Position numbers and translations under genes: made by a program. The notes below the pieces were generated by a model. It did not search any database, was not told the DNA's origin, and saw nothing but the letters and a program-made list of their open reading frames with translations. Positions 31,575 to 42,480 of a DNA stretch of 64,000 nucleotides are shown here, in pieces (positions within the stretch are counted from its first letter, which is position 1; each line of letters begins with the position of its first letter). The DNA is from Candidatus Rokuibacteriota bacterium (GTDB lineage Bacteria > Methylomirabilota > Methylomirabilia > Rokubacteriales > CSP1-6): NCBI GenBank assembly GCA_003220225.1, contig QHRU01000045.1:2586-66585 (forward strand), written 5' to 3'.

Positions 31575-32003
31575 CTAGACGTCGACGATGATCTTGACCT
31601 CATGGCGGCCGTCGCGGGCCTGGACCGAGACGCCGTGCAGGGTTGCCGCCTTCACCACCGTGCCGAGGCGATGGCGGCTCGCGTCGAGGGGCTCGCCGTG
31701 CAGGCGACCGTGGACCACGGTATCGGAGCACGCGGTGACCTCGACGCGGCTCACCACGAACGCCTCGATCTCGTGCACGTAGAGGCACTCGTCGATCCAC
31801 GCGGCGAGGAGCGTCTCCGGACCGTCGGCCTGGGCGCGCACCTCGCGCGCCTCGCGCGCGGTGACCGTCGCCGGATCGGCGACCAGGGCGAGCACGCCGA
31901 GCGCCGCCTGAGCGAACGCCTCGGCGCGCGTCGGACCCCAGGCCCGGATCCCGACGTCGGCCTCGACCTCGAACTGCTCGTAGCCCGCATTGAATTCACG
32001 CAT
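31575..32003 (-). CDS. Archease-like protein
   Basis: N-terminus MREFNAGYEQFEVEADVGIRAWG ... and C-terminus ... VKAATLHGVSV ... KIIVDV. The protein is 142 aa. Confidence 0.7.
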   Translation of the reverse strand: MREFNAGYEQFEVEADVGIRAWGPTRAEAFAQAALGVLALVADPATVTAREAREVRAQADGPETLLAAWIDECLYVHEIEAFVVSRVEVTACSDTVVHGRLHGEPLDASRHRLGTVVKAATLHGVSVQARDGRHEVKIIVDV

Positions 32004-32012
32004 GGGGGGTTT

Positions 32013-32212
32013 GGGGGGCCATTTCGGGGCCCCCCATCTCTTTTGAGAGCTTGCAACAGCGCATCACGCGTCTGCGGAGTTTTTGGGGGGCCATGTCGGG
32101 GCCCCCCATCTCTTTTGAGAGCTTGCAACAGCGCATCACGCGTCTGCGGAGGTTTGGGGGGCCATGTCGGGGCCCCCCATCTCTTTTGAGAGCTTGCAAC
32201 AGCGCATCACGT
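32013..32212. repeat. Three tandem ~71-bp copies of a hairpin-containing element (not CRISPR)
   Basis: The unit is ggggggccat[g/t]tcggggccccccatctcttttgagagcttgcaacagcgcatcacgcgtctgcggag, starting at 32013, 32085 and 32156. The third copy is degenerate at its 3' end. Confidence 0.8.
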
Positions 32213-32950
32213 CTGGGTCCCCAGATCGCCCCAGCGCGACTGGAGAATCGCGAGCACCGCCGGCCCCGCGGTCTCCGTTCTCAGGATGCGCCCGCCGAGG
32301 CCGACCACGCGCCAGCCGCGGGCGCGCGCGGCGTCGACCTCGCGGTGATCGAGCCCGCCCTCGGGGCCGACGAGCACGACGGCGCGGCGCGGACGCTTCG
32401 CGTCCGCCAGCGCGGCGCCGAGCGGCGGCGCGTCGCCTTCCCAGAGACAGAGCGCCAGATCCGCGTCGCGCGCCTCCTCCAGGCACGCCTCGAGCGGCCG
32501 CGGCGGCGCCACGTCGGGCACGACGCGGCGGCCGCACTGCTTGGCGGCCTCGCGGGCGACGCGCTGCCAGCGCGCGAGCCGCGCGGCGGCCTGGCCGTCG
32601 GTGAGCCGCACGACGGTGCGCGCGGCGACCGCGGGGACGACGCGCGCGACGCCGAGCTCCGTGGCCGCGCGCACGATCGTCTCCAGCTTGTCGCCCTTGG
32701 GCAGGCCCTGCACGAGCGTGACGGCGAGCGGTGACTCCCCGGCGGCCTCGGCGACGCCGACGACAGCGCCGGTGGCGCGCGGGCGCACCGCGTCGAGACG
32801 CACCGTGTAGTCGTGACCGGCGCCGTCGCTGGCGACCACGGTGTCGCCGGGCCGAAGGCGCAGGACGCGGGCGAGGTGGCGCGTCTGCTGCGCGTCGAAC
32901 GTCACGCGCCCGTCCACGACGCGCTCAGGCGCGATCGCGAAGCGGCGCAT
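32207..32950 (-). CDS. rsmE: 16S rRNA (uracil1498-N3)-methyltransferase
   Basis: The protein is 247 aa with an RsmE-like PUA domain plus SPOUT fold. Confidence 0.8.
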   Translation of the reverse strand: MRRFAIAPERVVDGRVTFDAQQTRHLARVLRLRPGDTVVASDGAGHDYTVRLDAVRPRATGAVVGVAEAAGESPLAVTLVQGLPKGDKLETIVRAATELGVARVVPAVAARTVVRLTDGQAAARLARWQRVAREAAKQCGRRVVPDVAPPRPLEACLEEARDADLALCLWEGDAPPLGAALADAKRPRRAVVLVGPEGGLDHREVDAARARGWRVVGLGGRILRTETAGPAVLAILQSRWGDLGTQT

Positions 32951-33821
32951 GCTCGTACGCGAGCGTCGTCCAGCCCTCGATCGACCGCGCCTCGACGCGC
33001 CGGAAGCCGTACGCCGCCAGCGCGGCCGTGACGTCGTCGGCCTCGGCGTCGAGACAGCCGCCCGCCACCAGCGCGCCGCCGGCGGCCACGAGCCGCGCGT
33101 AGCACGGCGCCAGCGCGCGATGCGCGGCGGCGAGGAGGTTGGCGAGCACCAGCGGCGCGGGCTCGGCGTCCAGCGCCGCGGCGTCGGCGCCCTCGCACGT
33201 CACGTGGGCGCCGAGACCGTTGCGCTCGACGTTCGCGGTGGCCGACGCGACGGCGTCGGGGTCGGAGTCGATGGCGAGGACGTCCGGCACGCCGAGGCGC
33301 GCGGCGGCGATGGCGAGAATGCCCGAGCCCGTGCCGAGATCGATCGCCCGCGTGGGGCGGACGCGCTCGACGATCGTCTCGAGCAGCTCGAGACAGCCGG
33401 CGGTGGTCGCGTGCTGTCCCGTGCCGAACGCGCGCCCCGGCTCGAGGGTGAGCACGAGGCGCCCGTTGGCGGGGGGCGGCGTCTCCCACGGCGGCGCCAC
33501 CAGGAACCGGCGCCCGATCGGCAACGGCGCGAAGTGCGCGCGCCACGCGTCGGCCCAGTCGGTGTCGGCCACGTCGGCCACCGCCGGGCCTCCCGCGCGC
33601 GCGAAGCCGAGCGACTCCAGCGCGCCGAGGTAGAGGTCGATGCTCCGGGCGATCGCGTCGCTGTCGGCGGCCTCCGGGAAGAACGCGCGCAGCCGCGCGC
33701 GGCCCGCGGCGTTCTCTTCCTCCACGACGCCGAGGGCGCCGAGCTCCCAGACGAAGTTGGTGAGGCCTTCGGACGCGTCGGGGGAGACGGCGACCGTGAG
33801 CTCCCAGTAGCGGGAACTCAT
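32925..33821 (-). CDS. prmA: Ribosomal protein L11 methyltransferase
   Basis: Start MSSRYWELTVAV. Motif IDLGTGSGILAIAAA. Confidence 0.85.
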   Translation of the reverse strand: MSSRYWELTVAVSPDASEGLTNFVWELGALGVVEEENAAGRARLRAFFPEAADSDAIARSIDLYLGALESLGFARAGGPAVADVADTDWADAWRAHFAPLPIGRRFLVAPPWETPPPANGRLVLTLEPGRAFGTGQHATTAGCLELLETIVERVRPTRAIDLGTGSGILAIAAARLGVPDVLAIDSDPDAVASATANVERNGLGAHVTCEGADAAALDAEPAPLVLANLLAAAHRALAPCYARLVAAGGALVAGGCLDAEADDVTAALAAYGFRRVEARSIEGWTTLAYEHAPLRDRA

Positions 33822-33823
33822 GC

Positions 33824-34930
33824 TCAGCCCAGGAGCTTCTTCATTCTTTCGATGAACGCGCTGGCGAGCGGACCGCGCTGCTGCTCCCTGGAGGCCGCCT
33901 CGAACGCCTCCAGCGCCTCGCGCTGCTTGCCGCTGAGCTTCTGCGGCACCTCGAGCAGCAGGCGATAGCAGGCGTCGCCGTGCCCGCGCTCGCGCAGGCG
34001 CGGCATGCCCTTGCCGCGCAGGCGGAGCACCTGGTGAGGCTGGCTGCCGGCGGCGATCCTCAGCGTCTCGGTGCCGTTGAGGACGGGCACCTCGACCTCG
34101 GCGCCGAGGGCGAGCTGGGTGAACGACACCGGCAGGTCGCACAGGAGATCGATGCCGTGACGCGTGAAGATCGCGTGCTCGCGGATCCGCACGAGGACGT
34201 AGAGGTCGCCCGCGGGGCCGCCGTTGACGCCGCCCGACCCCTCGCCGGACACGCGCAGCTGCATGCCGTCGTCGATGCCGGGGGGGATCTTCACGTTCAG
34301 CACGTGCTCGCCGCGCCGCCGGCCCTCGCCGCGGCAGTCCCGGCACGGGCTCTTGTTGATCTGGCCCTCGCCGCCGCAGCGCGGGCACGGGCGCGCCACC
34401 GTGAGGAAGCCGTGGCTCATGCGGACCTCGCCACGGCCCTGGCACGTGTCGCACGTGGTCTTGTGCGTGCCCGGCTCGCTGCCGGTGCCCTTGCACGTCT
34501 CGCAGCGCTCGAGCCGCGGGATCTGGATCTTCGTCTCCAGCCCGGCCGCGGCGTCCTCGAGGGTGATCTTCAGCTCGTACTGGAGGTCTTCGCCGCGCAT
34601 CGCGCGCGAGCGGCCGCGGCGCCCGCCGCCGGCGCCCGAGAAGAAGTTCTCGAAGATGTCCTCGAAGAGCGTGCCGAAGCCGCCCTCGAAGCCGCCGCCC
34701 GCGCCGGCGCCCGGCGCGCTGCCGAAGCGGTCGTAGTGCGCGCGCTTGTCCGGATCGGAGAGCACGCCGTACGCCTCGTTGACTTCCTTGAAGCGCTCCT
34801 CGGACTTCTTGTCGCCGGGGTTCTTGTCGGGATGGAACTGCATCGCGAGCTGCCGGTAGGCCTTCTTCAGCTCGGCATCGCTGGCGCCCTGCGAGACGCC
34901 GAGCACCTGGTAGTAGTCGCGCGTGGCCAC
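33824..34930 (-). CDS. dnaJ: Chaperone DnaJ
   Basis: J domain with HPD, a G/F-rich region, and four CxxCxGxG zinc-finger repeats. Confidence 0.9.
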   Translation of the reverse strand: MATRDYYQVLGVSQGASDAELKKAYRQLAMQFHPDKNPGDKKSEERFKEVNEAYGVLSDPDKRAHYDRFGSAPGAGAGGGFEGGFGTLFEDIFENFFSGAGGGRRGRSRAMRGEDLQYELKITLEDAAAGLETKIQIPRLERCETCKGTGSEPGTHKTTCDTCQGRGEVRMSHGFLTVARPCPRCGGEGQINKSPCRDCRGEGRRRGEHVLNVKIPPGIDDGMQLRVSGEGSGGVNGGPAGDLYVLVRIREHAIFTRHGIDLLCDLPVSFTQLALGAEVEVPVLNGTETLRIAAGSQPHQVLRLRGKGMPRLRERGHGDACYRLLLEVPQKLSGKQREALEAFEAASREQQRGPLASAFIERMKKLLG

Positions 34931-35455
34931 CTAGGCCGCGTCCTCGTCGGGCGCCGCGGCCACCGCGACCAGCGCCGGGCGCAGGACCCGGCCCTGCAGC
35001 ACGTAGCCCGGCGCCGTCTCGCTCACGACGGTGTCGGGCGCCGCGTCCCCGCTCACCACCCGCGCGATCGCCTCGTGGCGCGTGGGATCGAAGGGCTGGC
35101 CGACCGCGGAGTAGCGGCTGACGCCCGCGCGCTCCAGCACGCGCAGCAGCTCGCGCTGGATCAGCTCCACGCCGGCCACCACCCCCTCGGCGCCCTTCGC
35201 CGCGTGCGCGGACGCGAGCGCGCGGTCCAGGTTGTCGAGGACGGGGATCAGCTCGCGCAGCAGCGACTCGTTGGCGTAGCGCACGCGGTCCTCGGCGTCG
35301 CGCTGCGCGCGCCGGCGGACGTTGTCGGCCTCGGCCATCGCGCGCAGCATGCGGTCCTTCTGCTCCGCGAGCTCCCGCTCGAGCTCCTGGATCCGGGTCT
35401 CGGGCTCGCCGGACGCGGCGCCGTCGTCGATGAGATCGCGCGGATCGTCGGCCAT
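34931..35455 (-). CDS. grpE: Nucleotide exchange factor GrpE
   Basis: The protein is 174 aa with a GrpE coiled-coil plus beta-domain pattern. Confidence 0.85.
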   Translation of the reverse strand: MADDPRDLIDDGAASGEPETRIQELERELAEQKDRMLRAMAEADNVRRRAQRDAEDRVRYANESLLRELIPVLDNLDRALASAHAAKGAEGVVAGVELIQRELLRVLERAGVSRYSAVGQPFDPTRHEAIARVVSGDAAPDTVVSETAPGYVLQGRVLRPALVAVAAAPDEDAA

Positions 35456-35459
35456 GGCC

Positions 35460-36482
35460 TCAGGAGGGGAGGTAGAGGTCCTGACGGACGCGCGAGAGCG
35501 CCTCCGTCACCTGCCGCGCCGTCTCGTCCACGATCGACATCACCTCGGGGTAGGGCAGGCGGCGCGGCCCGACGACACCGAGGATGCCCAGCACCTGATC
35601 GCGGTAGAGGTAGGTGGAGGTGATGAGCGTGCATTCGCGCATCGCGCCGACGGGGTTCTCCTCGCCGATGGTGACGCGCACGCCAGCGTCGCCCGACAGC
35701 GAGGTCATGAGGTCCGCCAGCCGCTCCTTCTGCTCGAAGGTCCGCAGCAGCGCACGCGTCTGCGCGATGTCCCAGAACTCCGGGTGGTCGAGGATGTTGA
35801 TGGCGCCGCTGACGTAGAGCGTGCGCCCGCGCAGCATGGCGACGATCTGCTCGGTCACGCCGCGCGCCCGCGTGTGCAGCGCGTCGAGCGGATCGGCGGG
35901 CGCGTTCTCCATGTCCACGATCTCCTCGACGCTGCGGTCGCGGAACCGGCGGGTGAGCTCGCGGCCGATGGCGCGTGCTTCCTCCGACGCCAGCGGCGGA
36001 TCGAGCGCGATCTCGCGCACGGTGATCCAGCCGGCGTCGGTGGCCACCACCGCGAGCGCGCGGTCCTCCTCGAGCGGCATGAGATCGACGCGCGCGATCA
36101 CCGTCTGCGCCAGCGGCGGCGCCAGCAGCAGGCCGGTCAGCCGCGTCGCCGTCGACAGGTGCGACGACGTGCGCTCCATGAACCCGTCGATGCCCGAGCG
36201 CCGCGTGGGGAGCGCGGCGCTGCCCGGCTTGCCCCCCGCCGACGGCGGCGGGAAGGAGTCCACGTAGAAGCGGTACGCCTTGTCGGTCGGGATGCGCCCG
36301 GCGCTCGTGTGCGGCTGCGCGAGATAGCCCATCTCTTCCAGGTCCGCCATGACGTTGCGGATCGTCGCCGGCGAGAGGTGCGGGAAGTGGCGCTTGGAGA
36401 GCACCCGCGAGCCGACCGGCTCGGCCGAGTCGACGTACTCCCGGATCAGAGCGACGAGAACGTCCCGTTGGCGCGCGTCCAT
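35460..36482 (-). CDS. hrcA: Heat-inducible transcription repressor HrcA
   Basis: N-terminal winged helix (MDARQRDVLVALIREYV ... PVGSRVLSK). Confidence 0.85.
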   Translation of the reverse strand: MDARQRDVLVALIREYVDSAEPVGSRVLSKRHFPHLSPATIRNVMADLEEMGYLAQPHTSAGRIPTDKAYRFYVDSFPPPSAGGKPGSAALPTRRSGIDGFMERTSSHLSTATRLTGLLLAPPLAQTVIARVDLMPLEEDRALAVVATDAGWITVREIALDPPLASEEARAIGRELTRRFRDRSVEEIVDMENAPADPLDALHTRARGVTEQIVAMLRGRTLYVSGAINILDHPEFWDIAQTRALLRTFEQKERLADLMTSLSGDAGVRVTIGEENPVGAMRECTLITSTYLYRDQVLGILGVVGPRRLPYPEVMSIVDETARQVTEALSRVRQDLYLPS

Positions 36483-36492
36483 CTACTCGATT

Positions 36493-37668
36493 TTACAGCA
36501 GGTCGACAAACAGCGCGTCCGAGAGGATGAACCCGGACTCCGTCAGGCGCGCCCCCGCACCCTCCAGCAGCAGGTGACCCGCGTCGCGCCACTCCTCGAT
36601 CCGGCGCGCCAGGGTGGGCTCGCCGGCCGTGCGCTCGGCCAGCCAGGCCGCCGGCACGCCGTCGCTCGTGCGCAGCCCCAGGATCAGGCGCTCGGCTAGG
36701 CGCTGGCGCGGCGTGAGGCGCTCGGAGGTCTCGACGGGCAGCGTGCCCGCCTCGATGGCGGCGCGCCAGCGCGCGAGCGGCTTGATGTTGCCGTAGCGCA
36801 CGTCGCCCACGAACCCGCAGCCGCCGGGCCCGGCCGCGAGGTACTCGGCGGCGCGCCAGTAGCCGAGGTTGTGGCGTGCGCGGCGACCCGGCCGGGCGTA
36901 GTTGGAGACCTCGTAGTGCTCGAAGCCGCGGGCGGCGGCGGCGCGGACGAGGGCCCAGTACTGCGCGACGACCTCGTCCTCCCCGGGCAGGCCGTCCACG
37001 CCGCCGGCGCCCCACGGGCTGCCGCCGTCGAGCGTCAGCGCGTAGGCAGAGACGTGATCGGGCCCCCAGTCGAGCACGCGCTCGACGTCGGCCGCCCACG
37101 CGTCGACCGCGAGTCCCGGCAGGCCGTACATGAGGTCCACGCTCACGTCGTCGCAGCCGGCCTCGCGGGCGGCCTCGAACGCCGCGCGGGCGCCGCGCGC
37201 GTCGTGCAGGCGTCCGAGCGTCTTGAGCACGGCGTCGTCGAGCGCCTGCACGCCGAGGCTCACGCGGGTGACGCCGGCCGCGCGATAACGCGCGAGCCGC
37301 CCGCGCGTCACGCTCTCCGGATTGCACTCGACGGTGATCTCGGCGTCGGGGGCCAGCCGCCAGCGCTCGCGCAGGTGCTCGAGCACGGCGGCCAGCGCCT
37401 CGGGCTCGAGCAGCGAGGGCGTGCCGCCGCCGAGGAAGACGGTGGCCAGGCTCATGTCGCGCGCCCAGTCGAGGGCGCCGAGCAGGTCGAGCTCGCCGTG
37501 CAGGGCGCGCAGGTAGGGATCCATCTGCCCCGCCTCCAGCGGCGCCGTGTTGAAGGAGCAGTAGTGGCAGCGCTGCACGCAGAACGGAACGTGCAGGTAG
37601 AAGCCGAGCGCGCGTCCGGTCGGTCGCGTGTCGGCGGGCCCTACGGGATGTAGCGCGCGAGTCTCCAC
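36493..37668 (-). CDS. hemW: Radical SAM HemW/HemN-like protein
   Basis: Radical SAM motif CVQRCHYCSF near the N-terminus. Confidence 0.85.
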   Translation of the reverse strand: METRALHPVGPADTRPTGRALGFYLHVPFCVQRCHYCSFNTAPLEAGQMDPYLRALHGELDLLGALDWARDMSLATVFLGGGTPSLLEPEALAAVLEHLRERWRLAPDAEITVECNPESVTRGRLARYRAAGVTRVSLGVQALDDAVLKTLGRLHDARGARAAFEAAREAGCDDVSVDLMYGLPGLAVDAWAADVERVLDWGPDHVSAYALTLDGGSPWGAGGVDGLPGEDEVVAQYWALVRAAAARGFEHYEVSNYARPGRRARHNLGYWRAAEYLAAGPGGCGFVGDVRYGNIKPLARWRAAIEAGTLPVETSERLTPRQRLAERLILGLRTSDGVPAAWLAERTAGEPTLARRIEEWRDAGHLLLEGAGARLTESGFILSDALFVDLL

Positions 37669-38326
37669 CAGCGCAGCCAGTGCCGATCGCTGTCCCAGGA
37701 CCAGTAGATCAGGAACGCCTTGCCCTTGATCTTGTCCTTGCGGACGAACCCCCAGTAGCGGCTGTCCTGGGAGTTGTTGCGGTTGTCGCCCATGACGAAG
37801 TACGAGTCCGCCGGCACCACCGTCGGGTCGCAGGCGTACGCGTAGCCGCAGTAGGTCGACTGGCCGCGGTCGCCCAGCGGCCCGTCGAGGCGGCGCACGT
37901 ACGGCTCGACGAGCGCCCTGCCGTTGACGAAGACCTGGTCGCCGCGGACCTGCACGGTGTCGCCGGGCGTGCCGATGATGCGCTTGATGAAATCGCGCTT
38001 CTCGTCCTGGGGGTACTTGAAGACGATGATGTCACCGCGCGCGGGCGGCCGGAAGCCGGGCAGGCGGTAGTCGGTCAGGGGCAGCTCCGGCCCGTACAGG
38101 AACTTGTTCACGAGGATGTAGTCGCCCACGAGCAGCGTGTCCATCATCGAGCCCGAGGGGATGGTGAAGGCCTGGATGATGAGGGTGCGGATCACCAGCG
38201 CGAGCAGGATGGCGATGGCGATCGCCTCCGCGTACTCGCGAACGACGGACTTGCGCCGTCGCGCGCTGGTGACGGGCTCCGCCGTCACCTCGTTCGTCTT
38301 GTGGACCTCGCTCTCGCGCACGTCCA

Positions 38327-38327
<1 letters not shown>
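37641..38327 (-). CDS. lepB: Signal peptidase I
   Basis: Start MDVRESEV overlaps the lepA stop (TGATG). Catalytic Ser and Lys boxes (SGSMMDTL; GDNRNNSQDSR). Confidence 0.85.
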
Positions 38328-40117
<1,790 letters not shown>

Positions 40118-40184
40118 CGGTTCAGTCTAACACGCTGCTCCGCGTCAACCGGGCGTCCCGAAAGGCGGAATGCGCCGCCCCGGG

Positions 40185-41279
40185 TCACCGGGGGACGGCC
40201 GTCAGGCGCGTGTGGTCGGGGACGACGGCGCCGGACTCGAGGATCACGCCGGGGGCGATGTCCACGTCGGCGCCGATGCGGGCGTCGGCGCCGATGACGC
40301 AGTCGCGCAGCACCGAGCCCTCGCCGACCTCGACGCGCTCCCAGAGCACGGCGCCCTCGACGCGCGCGCCGGCCGCGATGCGCGCGCGCTCGCCGAGGAC
40401 GGTCAGCGGTCCGATGCGCGCGCCCACCTGCACCGAGGCCTCGGCGCCGACGATGGAGGGCGCCTCCAGCCTCGCGCCGGTGGCCACGAACGCGCTCGGG
40501 TCGATCCAGCAGCCGTCGTGCAGCTCGCCGGGGGGCGCCAGTGGCGTCTTGACGTCGCCGGCGAGCAGATCGAGCTGCGCCGCGCGGTAGGCGGCGGGGC
40601 TGCCGATGTCGCGCCAGTACGCGTCCGCCGTCCAGCCGTAGCACGGCACGCCGTCGGCGATGAGGGCGGGGAAGAATTCACGCTCAATCGACACGACCCG
40701 GCGCGACGGGATGAGCGCGAGCAGCGCGGCGTCGAGGAGGTACACGCCCGCGTTGATCGTGTTGGTGGTGACCCGCTCGTCGGCCGCGGGCTTCTCGCGA
40801 AAGCGCTCCAGGCGCCCGTCGGACGCCGTCTCGACGAGGCCGTACGGCCGCGGGTCGCGCACGGGATACAGGAAGATCGTCGCGCGCGAGCCGCGCGCCT
40901 CGTGGAACGCGCGCATCGCCGACAGGTCGGCGTCGGTCAGCACGTCGCCGTTGAGCACCCAGACGGTGCCGCTGGCGAGATCCGCCGCGTTGCGGATGCC
41001 GCCCCCCGTGCCGAGCGGCTCCGCCTCGATCACGTAGCGCAGGCGCACGCCGAGGTGCTCGGCCTCGCCGAGCGCGGCGCGCACGTCGTCGACACGGTAG
41101 GAGCAGGCGAGAATCACGTCGGTCACGCCGTGCTGGCGCAGCAGCGCGAGCTGGTAGGTGAGGAAGGGACGGTTCAGGAGCGGCACCACCGGCTTGGCGC
41201 GGGCAAGCGTCAGCGGCCGCAGCCGGGTGCCCTGGCCGCCGGCCAGGATGACCGCCTGAGTGGCGGCGCCGGCGCTTAC
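40185..41279 (-). CDS. Sugar-phosphate nucleotidyltransferase with C-terminal left-handed beta-helix; start codon unresolved
   Basis: Motif ILAGGQGTRLRPLT, then hexapeptide repeats. No ATG, GTG or TTG lies between the Trm112-like stop and the ILAGG motif. The ORF-track 'M' at 41453 is the GTG inside the Trm112 Shine-Dalgarno. Confidence 0.6.
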   Translation of the reverse strand, partial: VSAGAATQAVILAGGQGTRLRPLTLARAKPVVPLLNRPFLTYQLALLRQHGVTDVILACSYRVDDVRAALGEAEHLGVRLRYVIEAEPLGTGGGIRNAADLASGTVWVLNGDVLTDADLSAMRAFHEARGSRATIFLYPVRDPRPYGLVETASDGRLERFREKPAADERVTTNTINAGVYLLDAALLALIPSRRVVSIEREFFPALIADGVPCYGWTADAYWRDIGSPAAYRAAQLDLLAGDVKTPLAPPGELHDGCWIDPSAFVATGARLEAPSIVGAEASVQVGARIGPLTVLGERARIAAGARVEGAVLWERVEVGEGSVLRDCVIGADARIGADVDIAPGVILESGAVVPDHTRLTAVPR

Positions 41280-41446
41280 GCGCCGGGGGTCCAGGGCTGC
41301 GCCTCGCTGATCAGCATCACCGGGATCCCGTCCCGGATCGGGTAGGCCTTGCGGCAGGCCTGACAGATGATGCGGATCTCTTCGAAGATCAGGTTGCCCT
41401 TGCACGCCGGGCACACGAGGATCGCCTTCAGCTCCTCGTCGATCAC
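41276..41446 (-). CDS. Trm112/YcaR-like small zinc-ribbon protein (56 aa)
   Basis: GTG start preceded by AAGGAGG 6 nt upstream. Sequence LVCPACKGNL ... CQAC ... YPIRDGIPVML. Confidence 0.7.
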   Translation of the reverse strand: MIDEELKAILVCPACKGNLIFEEIRIICQACRKAYPIRDGIPVMLISEAQPWTPGA

Positions 41447-41514
41447 TTCGCACCTCCTTTCTTCCGTGGCGTCGGAGCGCCTTCGGAGGCCTCCGGCGCT
41501 CGACGGTCGGGCGG

Positions 41515-42471
41515 TCAGCCCGCCCGGCGGTCGGGCTTCGCGCTCAGTTTGCCCCTGAACCATTCGACCGTCAGCCTCAGGCCTTCATCCGTGTCCACGC
41601 GCGGCTCCCAGCCCAGCAGCGTGCGCGCGCGCGTGATATCGGGCTGGCGGACCTTCGGATCGTCCATGGGCAGCGGGCGGAACACGATCTCGCTGCGCGA
41701 GCCCGTGAGCCGGAGGATGCGCTTGGCGAGCTCAAGCAGCGTCATTTCTTGCGGGTTGCCGAGATTCACGGGCTCGTTCGCGGCCGCCTGCATGAGCCGC
41801 CACACGCCGTCGATGAGGTCGGTGATGTACTGGAACGAGCGCGTCTGCGACCCGTCGCCGAAGACGGTCAGCGGCTCGCCGCTCAGCGCCTGCGTCATGA
41901 AGGCCGGGATCGCGCGGCCGTCGTTGAGTCTCATGCGCGGGCCGAAGCTGTTGAAGATCCGCGCGATGCGCGTGTCCACGCGATGGACGCGATGGTAGGC
42001 CATCGTCATCGCTTCCGCGAAGCGCTTCGCCTCGTCGTACACGCCGCGCGGGCCGATGGGATTGACGTGGCCCCAGTAGTCCTCGCGCTGCGGGTGCACG
42101 AGCGGGTCGCCGTAGACCTCCGACGTGGAGGCCAGGAGGAACTTCGCGCCCTTGGCCCGGGCGAGGCCGAGCGCGTTGTGCGTGCCGAGCGCGCCGACCT
42201 TGAGCGTCTGGATCGGCAGCTCGAGGTAGTCCAGCGGCGAGGCCGGGCTCGCGAAGTGCAGGACCCACTCGATCGGCTCCTCGACCGCGATGTACTCGGT
42301 CACGTCCTGGCGGACGAAGCGGAAGCACGGCGCCGTCTCGAAGGCCGCGAGGTTGTCCGGCGAGCCGGTGATGAAGTTGTCCATGCCGACCACCTCGCAG
42401 CCGCGGCCCAGGAGGAACTCGCAGAGGTGGGAGCCGATGAAGCCGGCGGCGCCCGTGACGAGTACCCGCAT
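41515..42471 (-). CDS. UDP-glucuronate decarboxylase / NAD-dependent epimerase-dehydratase (UXS-like)
   Basis: N-terminus [16 protein letters not shown], with a YxxxK catalytic motif context. Confidence 0.85.
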   Translation of the reverse strand: MRVLVTGAAGFIGSHLCEFLLGRGCEVVGMDNFITGSPDNLAAFETAPCFRFVRQDVTEYIAVEEPIEWVLHFASPASPLDYLELPIQTLKVGALGTHNALGLARAKGAKFLLASTSEVYGDPLVHPQREDYWGHVNPIGPRGVYDEAKRFAEAMTMAYHRVHRVDTRIARIFNSFGPRMRLNDGRAIPAFMTQALSGEPLTVFGDGSQTRSFQYITDLIDGVWRLMQAAANEPVNLGNPQEMTLLELAKRILRLTGSRSEIVFRPLPMDDPKVRQPDITRARTLLGWEPRVDTDEGLRLTVEWFRGKLSAKPDRRAG

Positions 42472-42480
42472 GGCGGCGGC

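Noticed and set aside
31996-32199. Minus-strand 67-aa ORF with an internally repeated peptide (…VMRCCKLSKEMGGPDMAPQ… twice)
   Set aside because: It is simply the translation of the tandem REP-like DNA repeat at 32013-32212, and there is no RBS. It was treated as non-coding.
32013-32212. Possible CRISPR array
   Set aside because: Entire ~71-nt units repeat nearly identically with no unique spacers, and no cas genes lie nearby. It is a tandem repeat, not a CRISPR.
36483-36560. Searched for a CIRCE inverted repeat upstream of hrcA
   Set aside because: No TTAGCACTC-N9-GAGTGCTAA-like sequence was seen. hrcA is only ~10 nt downstream of hemW.
41453-41455. ORF-track start codon of the 422-aa nucleotidyltransferase frame
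   Set aside because: That 'M' is the GTG inside the AAGGAGGTG Shine-Dalgarno of the Trm112-like gene, and the first 60 codons overlap that gene in another frame. It was not accepted as the real start.
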